Assembly (NCBI GenBank): GCA_035623395.1
Contig: DASPTN010000086.1
Coordinates: forward strand, 97,606-161,605
Length of the DNA: 64,000 nt
Reading direction: 5' to 3'
Source: Gemmatimonadales bacterium
GTDB taxonomy: Bacteria > Gemmatimonadota > Gemmatimonadetes > Gemmatimonadales > JACORV01
In this document: positions 18,105-26,806 of the stretch, piece after piece
How positions within the stretch are numbered: position 1 is the first letter of the stretch
Layout of the letters: every line of letters starts with the position of its first letter
Notes under the pieces: generated by a model
Databases searched by the model: none
What the model saw: only the letters and a program-made list of their open reading frames with translations
What the model was told of the DNA's origin: nothing
Position numbers and translations under genes: made by a program

Positions 18105-18179
18105 GTGAGAGGTGAGGGGTGAGAAGCGAGAGGATCAAGAGAGAGGTGAGAAGGCGCAGTGAGAGGTGAGAAGGTGATT
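18105..18179 (+). repeat. Tandem heptamer array (GTGAGAN)x10, tandem SD-like GAGGTGA motifs
   Basis: GTGAGAG GTGAGGG GTGAGAA GCGAGAG GATCAA GAGAGAG GTGAGAA GGCGCA GTGAGAG GTGAGAA GGTGATT. Shares a 20-mer and its unit architecture with 42688..42755. Confidence 0.85.
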
Positions 18180-18968
18180 CCCGGCGCCGGGGCCGCGAGC
18201 CCCGGCGCCGTGCTGCTGGACCTGGACGGGACGCTGTACACCGACGCGGGGGCGGTTCCCGGCGCGGTGGAGGCGCTGGCCGAGCTGCGGCGCCGCGGCG
18301 TCCCGTTCCGCTACGTGACCAATACCACGCGCCGTTCGCGCCGCCGCCTGGCCGCCCGCCTGGAAGGCTACGGGTTCCGCGCGCCGGCCGCCGAGATCAT
18401 CTCCGCTCCGCTGGCCGGCGTCGCGCTGCTCGAGGGCCGCGGCGTGCGCCGGGTCGCCGCCTACGTCGCCGACGAGACCCTGGAGGACTTCGAGGCCTTC
18501 GACCTCACGTCCGCCCGGCCGGAGGCCGTGGTGGTCGGGGACCTGGGCGACGCGTGGGATTTCGCGAAGCTGAACCGCGCGTTCCTCCAGCTGATGGACG
18601 GCGCCGAACTGATCGCGCTCCAGCGCGACCGCTACTGGCTGCGGGAGGACGGCCTCGCGCTCGACGCCGGACCGTTCGTGGCCGCGCTCGAGTACGCGAC
18701 CGGCACGACGGCCGTGCTGTGCGGAAAGCCTTCGGGTTCGTTCTACCGCGCGGCGCTGGCGTCGCTGCCGGAGGCGGTCGCGGCGGAGCCCGGCCGGGTG
18801 GTCATGGTCGGCGATGACCTGTGGGGCGACGTCCAGGGCGCGCAGCGCGCGGGGCTCACCGCGTGGATGGTGCGGACCGGCAAGTTCCGCCCCGACGTGG
18901 TGGCCTCGAGCGGCATCACCCCCGATCGGATCATCGACTCCGTCGCGGACCTGCCCGACCTCGTCTAG
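18159..18968 (+). CDS. HAD-IIA family hydrolase
   Basis: VLLDLDGTLY (motif I), YVTNTTRRS and MVGDDLWGDVQGA (motif IV) fit NagD/HAD-IIA. The start is GTG 18159 or GTG 18174, both inside the heptamer array. Confidence 0.8.
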   Translation: MRGEKVIPGAGAASPGAVLLDLDGTLYTDAGAVPGAVEALAELRRRGVPFRYVTNTTRRSRRRLAARLEGYGFRAPAAEIISAPLAGVALLEGRGVRRVAAYVADETLEDFEAFDLTSARPEAVVVGDLGDAWDFAKLNRAFLQLMDGAELIALQRDRYWLREDGLALDAGPFVAALEYATGTTAVLCGKPSGSFYRAALASLPEAVAAEPGRVVMVGDDLWGDVQGAQRAGLTAWMVRTGKFRPDVVASSGITPDRIIDSVADLPDLV

Positions 18969-18998
18969 GAAGGACGGAGGAGGGCGGAGCCACCTCTC

Positions 18999-21143
18999 CT
19001 ACTGGGCGGCCAGCGTCATGCCCAGATTCCTGACCAGGAACGCCCACCGGTCGCTCACCAGCTCGATCTGCTTCGACACGGGCATGCCGCCGCCGTGGCC
19101 CGCGCGGGTCTCGATCCGGATCAGGACCGGCGCCGGTCCCGCCTGCGCCGCCTGAAGCGTCGCCGCGTACTTGAACGAGTGGCCGGGCACGACCCGGTCG
19201 TCGTGGTCGGCGGTCGTGACCAGCGTGGCCGGATAGGTGGTGCCGGCGCGGATGTTCTGGAGCGGCGAATAGGCGTACAGGTACGGGAACTGGCTGGCGC
19301 TGTCGGACGAGCCGTACTCGGTCACCCACGCCCAGCCGATGGTGAACTTCTGGAAGCGCAGCATGTCCATCACGCCCACCGCCGGAAGCGCGGCGCCGAA
19401 CAGGTCGGGGCGCTCGTTCTCGACCGCGCCGATCAGCAGGCCGCCGTTCGACGCGCCCTCAATCGCCAGCCTGGCCGACCGCGTCCAGCCCTGGTTCACC
19501 AGGTACTCCGCCGCCGCGATGAAGTCGTCGAAGACGTTCTGCTTGTGCTCGTGCATCCCGGCGCGGTGCCAGTCCTCGCCGTACTCGCCGCCGCCGCGGA
19601 TGTTGGCCAGGGCCAGGACGCCCCCCATCTCGAGCCACACGGCGTCGGCCACGGAGAAGTAGGGCAGGTTGCTGATGTCGAAGCCGCCGTACGCGGTGAG
19701 CAGCACGGGGTTGGCGCTGTCTCTCGTGGCGCCGCGGCGGTGGGTGAGGAACATCGGCACCCGAGTGCCGTCCTTGCTGCGGTAGAACGCCTGCTCCGTC
19801 TCGTAGCCGCTCGGGTCGAAGTCGAGGTGCGGCGCCTTCCAGGCGGCCCCCGCCCCGCTCGCGACGTCGTAGCGGAAGATGGTCGTCGGGAAGAGGAACG
19901 AGGTGAACGCGTAGAACATCTCCGGGCCGTCGGCCCGGCCGCTCACGGCCCCGACGGTACCGATCCCCGGCAGGGCCACGTCTCCGACGAGCCGGCCGCC
20001 CGTGTCGAAGATCGCCAGGCGGCTGTGGGCGTCCTGCAGGTACTGGGCGACGAAGCGGCCGCCGACCAGCGTTACGCCGTCCAGAACCTGTTCGGTCTGC
20101 GGGACGATCTCCTTCCAGGCGCCGCGGGCGGGATGGCGCGTGTTGATCGCGACGAGCCGTCCGCGCGGGGCGTCCAGGTTGGTGGTGAAGTAGAAGACGG
20201 GGCCGACGCTCCCCACGAACCCGTAGCTCGCGTCGAAGCCGTCCAGCAACCGCACCATCCGGCCCGTGATCCTCGGATGCCGCGCGCTGCCCAGATCCTG
20301 GTAGTAGACCCGGTTCCGCGAGTCGGTGCCCAGCGAGACGTAGACGATCAGGTACCGGCCGTCCTCGGTGACGCTGCCGCCGAAACCCCAGTCGGGCTGG
20401 TCCGGGCGGGCGTACACCAGGCGGTCCAGGGACTGGCGCGTGCCGAGGCGGTGGTAGTAGAGCCTCTGATTCTTCACGACAGCCCGCAGGACGTTGCCCG
20501 CGGGCGTCGGGTACCGGCTGTAGTAGAACCCGGCGTCGTCGTGGGTCCAGGAGAGGCCCGAGAACTTGACCCACCGCAGCCGGTCCGGCAGATCGCGCCC
20601 GGTGGCGATGCGGCGCACGTGCAACTCGTTCCAGTCGGACCCGGCGGCTGCCGTCCCGTACCCGAAGTAGCGTCCGTCGTGTGACACGTCCCAGCTGGTC
20701 AGCGCGACGGTGCCGTCCGGCGAGAGCGTATTGGGGTCGATCAGCAGCTGCGGCGGGGCGTCGAGGGACCGCTGCCAGTAGTAGACCGGCTGATTCTGGA
20801 GGCCGTCGTTCCGCGTGTAGACGTAGGTGCCGCCTTCGCGGCCCGGCACCCCGTAGCGCTCATAGTTCCACAGCCTGGTGAGGCGATCGCGGATGCGCGC
20901 CCGCTCCGGGATCCCGGCCAGGTAGGCGAACGTCACGCAGTTCTCCGCTTCCACCCAGGCCTTGGTCTCCGGCGCGTCCGTGTTCTCGAGCCAGCGGTAC
21001 GGGTCGCGGACCTGGGTGCCGAAGAAGCTGTCCACCTGGCTGTCGGCGCGCGCCACCGGCCTGGCGCAGCCGGGCGTCTGAGCGCGCGCGGCAGGGGCGA
21101 CGAGCGCGGAAAGCGCCGCGAGGCGAAGGAGAGTCGTGCGCAT
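18999..21143 (-). CDS. Prolyl oligopeptidase (S9A) family serine peptidase, secreted
   Basis: ORF trimmed to ATG 21143 (MRTTLLRLAALSALVAPAARAQ signal peptide). DPYRWLEN N-terminal motif, beta-propeller region and catalytic GASNGGLL. Confidence 0.9.
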   Translation of the reverse strand: MRTTLLRLAALSALVAPAARAQTPGCARPVARADSQVDSFFGTQVRDPYRWLENTDAPETKAWVEAENCVTFAYLAGIPERARIRDRLTRLWNYERYGVPGREGGTYVYTRNDGLQNQPVYYWQRSLDAPPQLLIDPNTLSPDGTVALTSWDVSHDGRYFGYGTAAAGSDWNELHVRRIATGRDLPDRLRWVKFSGLSWTHDDAGFYYSRYPTPAGNVLRAVVKNQRLYYHRLGTRQSLDRLVYARPDQPDWGFGGSVTEDGRYLIVYVSLGTDSRNRVYYQDLGSARHPRITGRMVRLLDGFDASYGFVGSVGPVFYFTTNLDAPRGRLVAINTRHPARGAWKEIVPQTEQVLDGVTLVGGRFVAQYLQDAHSRLAIFDTGGRLVGDVALPGIGTVGAVSGRADGPEMFYAFTSFLFPTTIFRYDVASGAGAAWKAPHLDFDPSGYETEQAFYRSKDGTRVPMFLTHRRGATRDSANPVLLTAYGGFDISNLPYFSVADAVWLEMGGVLALANIRGGGEYGEDWHRAGMHEHKQNVFDDFIAAAEYLVNQGWTRSARLAIEGASNGGLLIGAVENERPDLFGAALPAVGVMDMLRFQKFTIGWAWVTEYGSSDSASQFPYLYAYSPLQNIRAGTTYPATLVTTADHDDRVVPGHSFKYAATLQAAQAGPAPVLIRIETRAGHGGGMPVSKQIELVSDRWAFLVRNLGMTLAAQ

Positions 21144-21168
21144 CCGTGTCCTCCGGGATGCCCGCAAT

Positions 21169-21768
21169 CTACAACGACGCGGGGCGCACGCCTTCGTGAG
21201 CCAGCAACCACTCCTTGATCCGGACGCCGCCGCCGTAGCCGCCCAGGGACCCGTCGGCGCGCAGCACCCGGTGGCAGGGGACCACGATCGCGACCGGATT
21301 GACGTGCAACGCGTTGCCCGCGGCCCTGGAGGCGCGCGGTGATCCCGCCCGCGCGGCGACCTCGCTGTAGGTCGCGACGCGGCCGGCGGGGATCCGGGCC
21401 GTGGCGTCGAGCACGCGCTGCTGAAAGGCGGGCAGGTCCGAGAGGTCCACCGGGATGTCGAAGTCGAGACGCTTGCCGGCGAAGTACCGCTCGAGCGCGC
21501 GGCGCACGTCGTCCAGGGACGCCGTCCGGAGCAGCGGCACGTCACCGTGCTCCTCGAGGAGCCGCTGCAGGAACGCGTCCTCGTCCCGCACGTAGCTGAG
21601 ATGCCGCAGCCCGCGGCCTCCGCTGGCGAGCCCCAGCACGCCCACCGGCGTGTCGTCCATCATGGCGTACCGCAGCGGCTCGCTCCGGCGCCCGGTCAGC
21701 TCGCCGAAGGCGCCGAGCACGATCCGCTCGACGGCGCGCCGCTCGACCTCGGCCTGCTCGGTGATCAT
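21169..21768 (-). CDS. ogt: Methylated-DNA--protein-cysteine methyltransferase (MGMT/Ogt)
   Basis: ATG 21768 overlaps the sigma-factor stop (ATGA). C-terminal IVVPCHRVL active site, TYSEVAARAG helix-turn-wing and an Ogt-type N-terminal domain. Confidence 0.85.
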   Translation of the reverse strand: MITEQAEVERRAVERIVLGAFGELTGRRSEPLRYAMMDDTPVGVLGLASGGRGLRHLSYVRDEDAFLQRLLEEHGDVPLLRTASLDDVRRALERYFAGKRLDFDIPVDLSDLPAFQQRVLDATARIPAGRVATYSEVAARAGSPRASRAAGNALHVNPVAIVVPCHRVLRADGSLGGYGGGVRIKEWLLAHEGVRPASL

Positions 21769-22292
21769 CGTGGGTCCACTCCCAGGCGCAGCTTCTTCGT
21801 CGCCTGATAGACGTTGGCGCGCGCTCCGGCGGCCGTGCCGCCGAGCCGCGATGCGATCTCCTCGTAATCCAGCTCGTCGACGATCCGGAGCGTGAGCGCG
21901 AGCCGCTGGCGCTCGGGCAGGCGCGCGACGCTCAGCCACAGCGTCTCCCGCTCGCCGTCATCGGACGGCAGCTGGCCGTCGACCTGCGGATCGGCAGCGG
22001 CGTCGCGCTCGGCGGCGTGCCGCCGCAGCGCCGCCCGTTCCCTGGAGCGCGAGCGCAGGTGGTTGAGCGACACGTTGGTCGCGATCCGGTACAGCCATGC
22101 CCGCGTGTTCGCCCCGGCGGGGAGCCGGGCGAGCGCGCCGTGCGCCCGGATCATGGTGTCCTGGAGGATGTCCTGCGCCGCGTCGTCGTCGCGGACCATC
22201 CGACGGACGTGACGGGCCAGCTCCTCGCCGTGCTTGGCCAGCAGCACGGCGATGCGATGGGCGGCGCGATCCGGCATCGGCGATGGCGTCAT
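21765..22292 (-). CDS. ECF-type RNA polymerase sigma-70 family factor
   Basis: Region 2 (DILQDTMIRAH, RAWLYRIATNVSLNHLR) and region 4 (LPERQRLALTLRIVDELDYEEIASRLG). 175 aa. Confidence 0.85.
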   Translation of the reverse strand: MTPSPMPDRAAHRIAVLLAKHGEELARHVRRMVRDDDAAQDILQDTMIRAHGALARLPAGANTRAWLYRIATNVSLNHLRSRSRERAALRRHAAERDAAADPQVDGQLPSDDGERETLWLSVARLPERQRLALTLRIVDELDYEEIASRLGGTAAGARANVYQATKKLRLGVDPR

Positions 22293-22464
22293 GGCTCGTC
22301 AGCTATGACACCGAAGTCGAGGCCGTGTGAAAATGGCGCCGAGCCGGACGGCGGCGTCGGTGTCGGCCGCCTCCGCGACATCTCCGAGCGTTGTTGTCGG
22401 CGAACTGAGCGTCACGGGCTCGCGATGCTCTTGCCCTCCGCGGCGTCGTTTCGTAGTGTGCGGT

Positions 22465-22645
22465 ACGCGCGCTAGCCGACGCGCGTGCGTCCGACCCGGT
22501 AGGTCGGGCGGGGCTGGCGCGGCGAGCCAAGGCTTCCCACCGCAAATCGTTCTTGGCTGCGCGCCTCTCATCGCGATGCCTGTCGCGCAGGCAGAATCGT
22601 GATGAACGAGCCCCCGGGGAGCGATCCCCGGGGGCTTCGTCTTGT
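22465..22645 (+). ncRNA. Candidate structured small RNA (about 180 nt), unknown family
   Basis: Promoter-like TTGCCC (22431..22436)-17 nt-TAGTGT (22454..22459). Hairpins at 22463..22488, 22489..22509, 22522..22562 and 22568..22605, plus a terminator at 22609..22636 followed by TTCGTCTTGT. Three stems contain G-U pairs that form only in the + sense. Confidence 0.3.
22609..22636. terminator. Strong GC hairpin; likely terminator for the minus-strand M28 gene and/or a plus-strand RNA
   Basis: AGCCCCCGGGGA-GCGA-TCCCCGGGGGCT (12-bp stem). It lies 47 nt downstream of the M28 peptidase stop on the minus strand. The + strand continuation is TTCGTCTTGT. Confidence 0.6.
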
Positions 22646-22682
22646 GGCAGGGCCGGCGGCGACGCGCGCGTCACGGCCCGGG

Positions 22683-24344
22683 CTACTGGCGACAGGGCGC
22701 GTTCGGATCCTGGCGCGGGCCGTCCACGACCGGCCGGTGATCCAGGTTGGCGATCGCGAGCACGACGTCGCGCACCAGTGTCGTCACACGTGCGAGCTGT
22801 GCGTAGTCGATGTACTGCGCCTCGTCGGTGACCTGGTGGTAGTCGAGGTGCTCGCCGGTCGAGAGCGAGGCCGACGGGATGCCGTAGCGCGCGTAGCTGA
22901 AATGGTCGGCCCGGCAGTAGTACTGGAGCGGCTGGCCCGGAGCGTCGTACTCGTAGTTGAAGTGGAACCGCTCGCTCTCGGCTGCGGCGACCGTCTCGAT
23001 CAGGCTGCCGAGCTCGGTCGACAGGCGCCGGCTGCCCACCAGCTCCAGGTATCCCGGGCCGCCGTGCGGCAGATCCGTCGCGTCGCCCCGTCCCACCATG
23101 TCCATGTCCAGCTCAGCCACGATGGAGTCGCGCGGCACCGTGGGATGATCGGTGAACCAGCGCGAGCCGAGGAGGCCGCGCTCCTCGGCCGCGTGCGAGA
23201 CGAACAGGATCGAGCGCCGGGGACGCGGCCCCGAGGCGAGGACCCTCGCCAGCTCGACCAGGGCCACGGTGCCGGAGCCGTCGTCGTCGGCGCCGTTGTA
23301 AATGGAGTCGAGCCTGGCGGGGTGCGCGGCGCGCAGGCTGTCGCGCAGGGCCGCGATTCGCGCCGCCTCCTCGGGACTGGCCTCGCGCGGGGGGGAATCC
23401 GCACCCATCGGGCGCACCACCCGGTTGAAAGCGCGGGTGGAATCGTGGTCGACGGCCGGCGGGGCGAAGCCGATGTGGTCGTGGTGCGCCGACACCGAGA
23501 CGTACGTATCGCGCAGCACGGGGTCGCTGCCGGGCAGGACGGCGATCACGTTGCGGGCTGGGTGCTCGAGCGGCACCCGCTTGAAGGAGAGGCTCCCGCG
23601 CACCGGCGGACCGGTCGCGCCGGGAGCCGCGGCCGGCAGCGGGGTGCCGAGCAGGGCGGACGCAGCCCCGCTCGTGACCAGCATCGAGCCGCGGAGCAAG
23701 GTGAACAGCATCGTGTCGGTGGTGATGCGGCTCTCGTTGATCTGCTCGACGACGCCGGGCGGCAGCGACTCAAGGCCGGGAAGGACGAAGGCGGCGGCCT
23801 TGGCGAACCGCGGGTTGCGCCGCAGCGCGACCATCCCCCGGAACGTGGCGCGCAGATCGCCGCCGCGCGGCGGAAGGAACACGAGCAGCTTGCCGCCGCT
23901 CTGGTCGGCGGTCGGCCAGGTGGTGCTGTCGTCGACGGCGCCGGCATACAGCGCCGCGGCGCCGGCGACGCTCCAGCTCATCAGGATGCCGAACGGCACC
24001 ACGTCGCGACCGGCGGCGAGGCGGGTTCCGTTCACGACGAGGCCCGAGGCGGTGTCGAGCACCACCCGCCAGAAGGGGACGGCCTGGAAGAACGCCCCGC
24101 TCTCGCCCGCCGGCGTCAGCCCGTAGCGCGCGAAGGCGGCGGCGACCCAGTCGGCGGCTTCGGCGTCGCCAGGACTTCCGGTGTCGCGGCCGCCCATCGA
24201 ATCGTCGGCGATCGCGAACAGGTGGGCCCGGAGCGTGTCGGGGTTCACGGGCACGGGGGCGCGCTGCGCCGCGGCGCCGCGAGGAGCGGCGAGCGCCACC
24301 GCGAGGCCCAGCGCCCATGGAGCGGATCGGATTCCAGGATGCAT
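22683..24344 (-). CDS. M28 family metallo-aminopeptidase with PA domain, secreted
   Basis: Signal peptide (ALGLAVALAAPRGAAAQ). HYDHIG-like SAHHDHIG, DDDGSG and HAAEERGLLGSRWF zinc-ligand motifs. Confidence 0.85.
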   Translation of the reverse strand: MHPGIRSAPWALGLAVALAAPRGAAAQRAPVPVNPDTLRAHLFAIADDSMGGRDTGSPGDAEAADWVAAAFARYGLTPAGESGAFFQAVPFWRVVLDTASGLVVNGTRLAAGRDVVPFGILMSWSVAGAAALYAGAVDDSTTWPTADQSGGKLLVFLPPRGGDLRATFRGMVALRRNPRFAKAAAFVLPGLESLPPGVVEQINESRITTDTMLFTLLRGSMLVTSGAASALLGTPLPAAAPGATGPPVRGSLSFKRVPLEHPARNVIAVLPGSDPVLRDTYVSVSAHHDHIGFAPPAVDHDSTRAFNRVVRPMGADSPPREASPEEAARIAALRDSLRAAHPARLDSIYNGADDDGSGTVALVELARVLASGPRPRRSILFVSHAAEERGLLGSRWFTDHPTVPRDSIVAELDMDMVGRGDATDLPHGGPGYLELVGSRRLSTELGSLIETVAAAESERFHFNYEYDAPGQPLQYYCRADHFSYARYGIPSASLSTGEHLDYHQVTDEAQYIDYAQLARVTTLVRDVVLAIANLDHRPVVDGPRQDPNAPCRQ

Positions 24345-24357
24345 CGGTCGGTGCCGG

Positions 24358-25020
24358 CTAGGTCTCGTCGCTCACCAGCCCGGAGCGCAGCGCGAGCCGC
24401 GTCAGGCCGGCGATGGTCTTGATGCCCACCTTGCGCATCAGGCTGTCGCGGTGGGTCTCCACGGTGCGCACGCTGATGCCCAGCGCCCGCGCCGTCTCCT
24501 TGTTGGTCGCCCCCTCGGCGATGTACCGGAGCACCTCGCGCTCCCTGGGCGACAGGCGCTCGAGCGCGTTCTGCACCTCCTCGCCCTCGAGCTTGCGGCG
24601 CAACAGCTCCGACAGCTGCTGCGAGACGGCCGGGCTGTAGTAGGAGCTGCCGGCGCACACCTGACGCACCGCCTGCACCAGCTCGCCGGCGGCGGCGTCC
24701 TTCACCAGGTAGCCGTGGGCGCCGGCGCGAACGCTCTCCATCAGGTACTCGGGCTGCAGGTGCATCGAGAGGATCAGGATCCGGACCTCCGGCGCCCGGG
24801 TCCGGATCTGTCGCGCCGCCTCGAGGCCGCCGCCCTTGGGCATCGTGATGTCGAGCACGGCGACGTCGGGGCGCCGCGCCACGGTCTCCTGAACGGCCGA
24901 GTCGCCGTCGCCCACCTCGGCGACGACCAGGATGTCACCCGCCGCGCTCAGGATGCGGCGCACCCCGTCGCGGACCAGCGTGTGATCGTCGGCGAGCAGG
25001 ACCGTGATCTTCTCAGGCAT
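24358..25020 (-). CDS. NarL/FixJ (LuxR-type) response regulator
   Basis: REC (VLLADDHTLVRDG, DVAVLDITMP, ILSMH) plus LuxR HTH (LSPREREVLRYIAEGATNKETARALGISVRTVETHR). Its start overlaps the kinase stop by 8 nt. Confidence 0.9.
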   Translation of the reverse strand: MPEKITVLLADDHTLVRDGVRRILSAAGDILVVAEVGDGDSAVQETVARRPDVAVLDITMPKGGGLEAARQIRTRAPEVRILILSMHLQPEYLMESVRAGAHGYLVKDAAAGELVQAVRQVCAGSSYYSPAVSQQLSELLRRKLEGEEVQNALERLSPREREVLRYIAEGATNKETARALGISVRTVETHRDSLMRKVGIKTIAGLTRLALRSGLVSDET

Positions 25021-26806
25021 CGTTCGCCCCCGAGGGCAGCCGCGCTTCCAGACGCACGCCGCGTCCGGGAGCGCTGGTCACCACCAGTCGGCCGCCCGCG
25101 CCCACGACGCGCTCCCGCATGCCGGCGAGGCCGGCGTGACCGGTGTCGGGGTCGGCGCCGCCCCGTGCCGGCAGGCCGCGCCCGTCGTCCTGCACCACGA
25201 GCAGCAGCTCACCCCGGTCGGGCGCGAGGCGCGCGTCCACCCGCGTGGCGGCGGCGTGCCGCGCGACGTTGGTCAGCGCCTCCTGAAAGACCCGGTACAG
25301 TGCCACTTCGACCTCCGGCGCCGGCCGCATGGACGGCACCGGCGCGTCGAGGTTCACGGCGATGCCGGTGCGCCCGGCGAAGTCCTCGGCGAGGGCCCGC
25401 ATCGCGGGCACCAGACCGAGGTCGTCGAGGACTGCGGGCCGGAGGCCGCGGGCGGTGGCGCGGATCGACTCGAGGGCGCGGCCCGCCAGGTCGCGCGCGC
25501 GATCGACGGCCTCGCTGCCGATGCCGGCGCCGGCGAGGGTCCGCTCCACCTCCGCCAGCTCGAGCTTGATGGCGGTGAGGACCTGACCGGCCTCGTCGTG
25601 CAGCTCGCGCGCGATGCGCCCGCGCTCGACCTCGGCCGCCCTCAGCAGGGACGCGGAGGCCTTCGCCAGCTCGGCGCTTCTGGCCTCGAGCGCGGCATAG
25701 AGGTCCGCGTGCTGGAGGGCCGCGCCGATCTGCTGGCCGAGCGCCCGCAGGAACTCGCGGTCCATCGAGGCGAACGGATCGCGGGCCCGCGCCACGATAA
25801 CAAAGGTGCCGGCGCCGCGCTCGCCGGTGAAGACCGGCAGGAAGGCGGCGTAGGGATGGGGCGCGAGACGGGAATCGCCGCCGGCCGCGGCCCGGGGCCA
25901 GTAGTGCTCCACCCGCGGCGCGGCGTCGCGCGGCGCGGCCAGCAGCGGCTCGGCGTCGGCGTTGCCCGGGCCCGCGGTCGCGAGCGCGGTCTCGGCCCAG
26001 TGCGCGCAGGCACCGGAGCCGCCGCGGAACTCCAGCGTCCCCGACTCGTCCTGACGGTAGAGGGCGCACCCGACGACCGGCGGCAGGGCCAGCGGCCGCT
26101 CCAGCACGGCGGCCACCACCTCCGCCGGCCGGAGGCTGCGCTGCAGGTCGCCCGACAGCGTCGACAGCGCGGCCATGCCCCGGTGCTGGTCCTCCAGCAC
26201 CAGCAGCAGCATCCCGCCGCCCACCGCGAGCTCGAACAGCAGGTCGAGGTAGTAGCCGTAAGGCACCCAGGCACCGCGCGCCCGCAGGAAGGTGTAGTCG
26301 AGATGGTGCACGCCCCACAGCAGGAACGCGAAGGCCAGCACGGCGGCGCCCTTCGACGCGGCGCGCCGCCAGTACTGGAGGAACACGACGCCGGTGCCCA
26401 CGGTCGCGAGGCTCAGGAACACCACCGCCGGAAGTGCCGCCCAGAGGAAGTTCTGGATGCGGTAGATGGCGACGTACGACCAGAGCACCGGGACCGCGAA
26501 CAGCAGGTAGTAGCGGCGGTCCCAGCGCAGCTGGCGGGCGAACACCAGCGCCGCCCACAGCAGCAGCAGCGTGGTCCAGCCGGTGGCCACCTGGTGCCAG
26601 AACAGCCAGATCGGACTGAGCGTGGTGAGGTAGAGCGCGATGATCGCCAGCCGCAGCGCGTACACGCTCCAGGCGCCGCCCCAGATCCCGAAGTAGCGCT
26701 TCCGATAGGTCAGGAACAGCGCCAGGAACAGGCCGGCGATCCCGAGCGTGACGCTGGCCTGGAAGATCACCAGCGACCGCTCCAGCACGAGCGACGTCGG
26801 GTTCAC
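25013..26806 (-). CDS. Sensor histidine kinase (multi-TM N-domain, GAF-like, HisKA_3, HATPase_c)
   Basis: GTG 26806 overlaps the GMC oxidoreductase stop (GTGA). Six to seven hydrophobic helices, H-box ELHDEAGQVLTAIKLEL, and ATPase motifs (QEALTNVARHA, DDGRGL, GLAGMRER). Confidence 0.85.
   Translation of the reverse strand: MNPTSLVLERSLVIFQASVTLGIAGLFLALFLTYRKRYFGIWGGAWSVYALRLAIIALYLTTLSPIWLFWHQVATGWTTLLLLWAALVFARQLRWDRRYYLLFAVPVLWSYVAIYRIQNFLWAALPAVVFLSLATVGTGVVFLQYWRRAASKGAAVLAFAFLLWGVHHLDYTFLRARGAWVPYGYYLDLLFELAVGGGMLLLVLEDQHRGMAALSTLSGDLQRSLRPAEVVAAVLERPLALPPVVGCALYRQDESGTLEFRGGSGACAHWAETALATAGPGNADAEPLLAAPRDAAPRVEHYWPRAAAGGDSRLAPHPYAAFLPVFTGERGAGTFVIVARARDPFASMDREFLRALGQQIGAALQHADLYAALEARSAELAKASASLLRAAEVERGRIARELHDEAGQVLTAIKLELAEVERTLAGAGIGSEAVDRARDLAGRALESIRATARGLRPAVLDDLGLVPAMRALAEDFAGRTGIAVNLDAPVPSMRPAPEVEVALYRVFQEALTNVARHAAATRVDARLAPDRGELLLVVQDDGRGLPARGGADPDTGHAGLAGMRERVVGAGGRLVVTSAPGRGVRLEARLPSGANDA

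Noticed and set aside
18105-18179. Heptamer arrays as CRISPR or as REP/BIME-type elements
   Set aside because: The 7-nt units have no spacers, which is far too short for CRISPR, and there are no cas genes. The units are direct repeats rather than palindromic, so they are not REP-like.
22522-22562. SRP (4.5S) RNA, because of AGCCAAGGC resembling the conserved GCAGCCAAGGCAG of helix 8
   Set aside because: The partner strand motif (GGUGCUGUUUACCAGG-like), the GNRA tetraloop and the single long-hairpin topology are all absent. The region folds into several independent hairpins instead.
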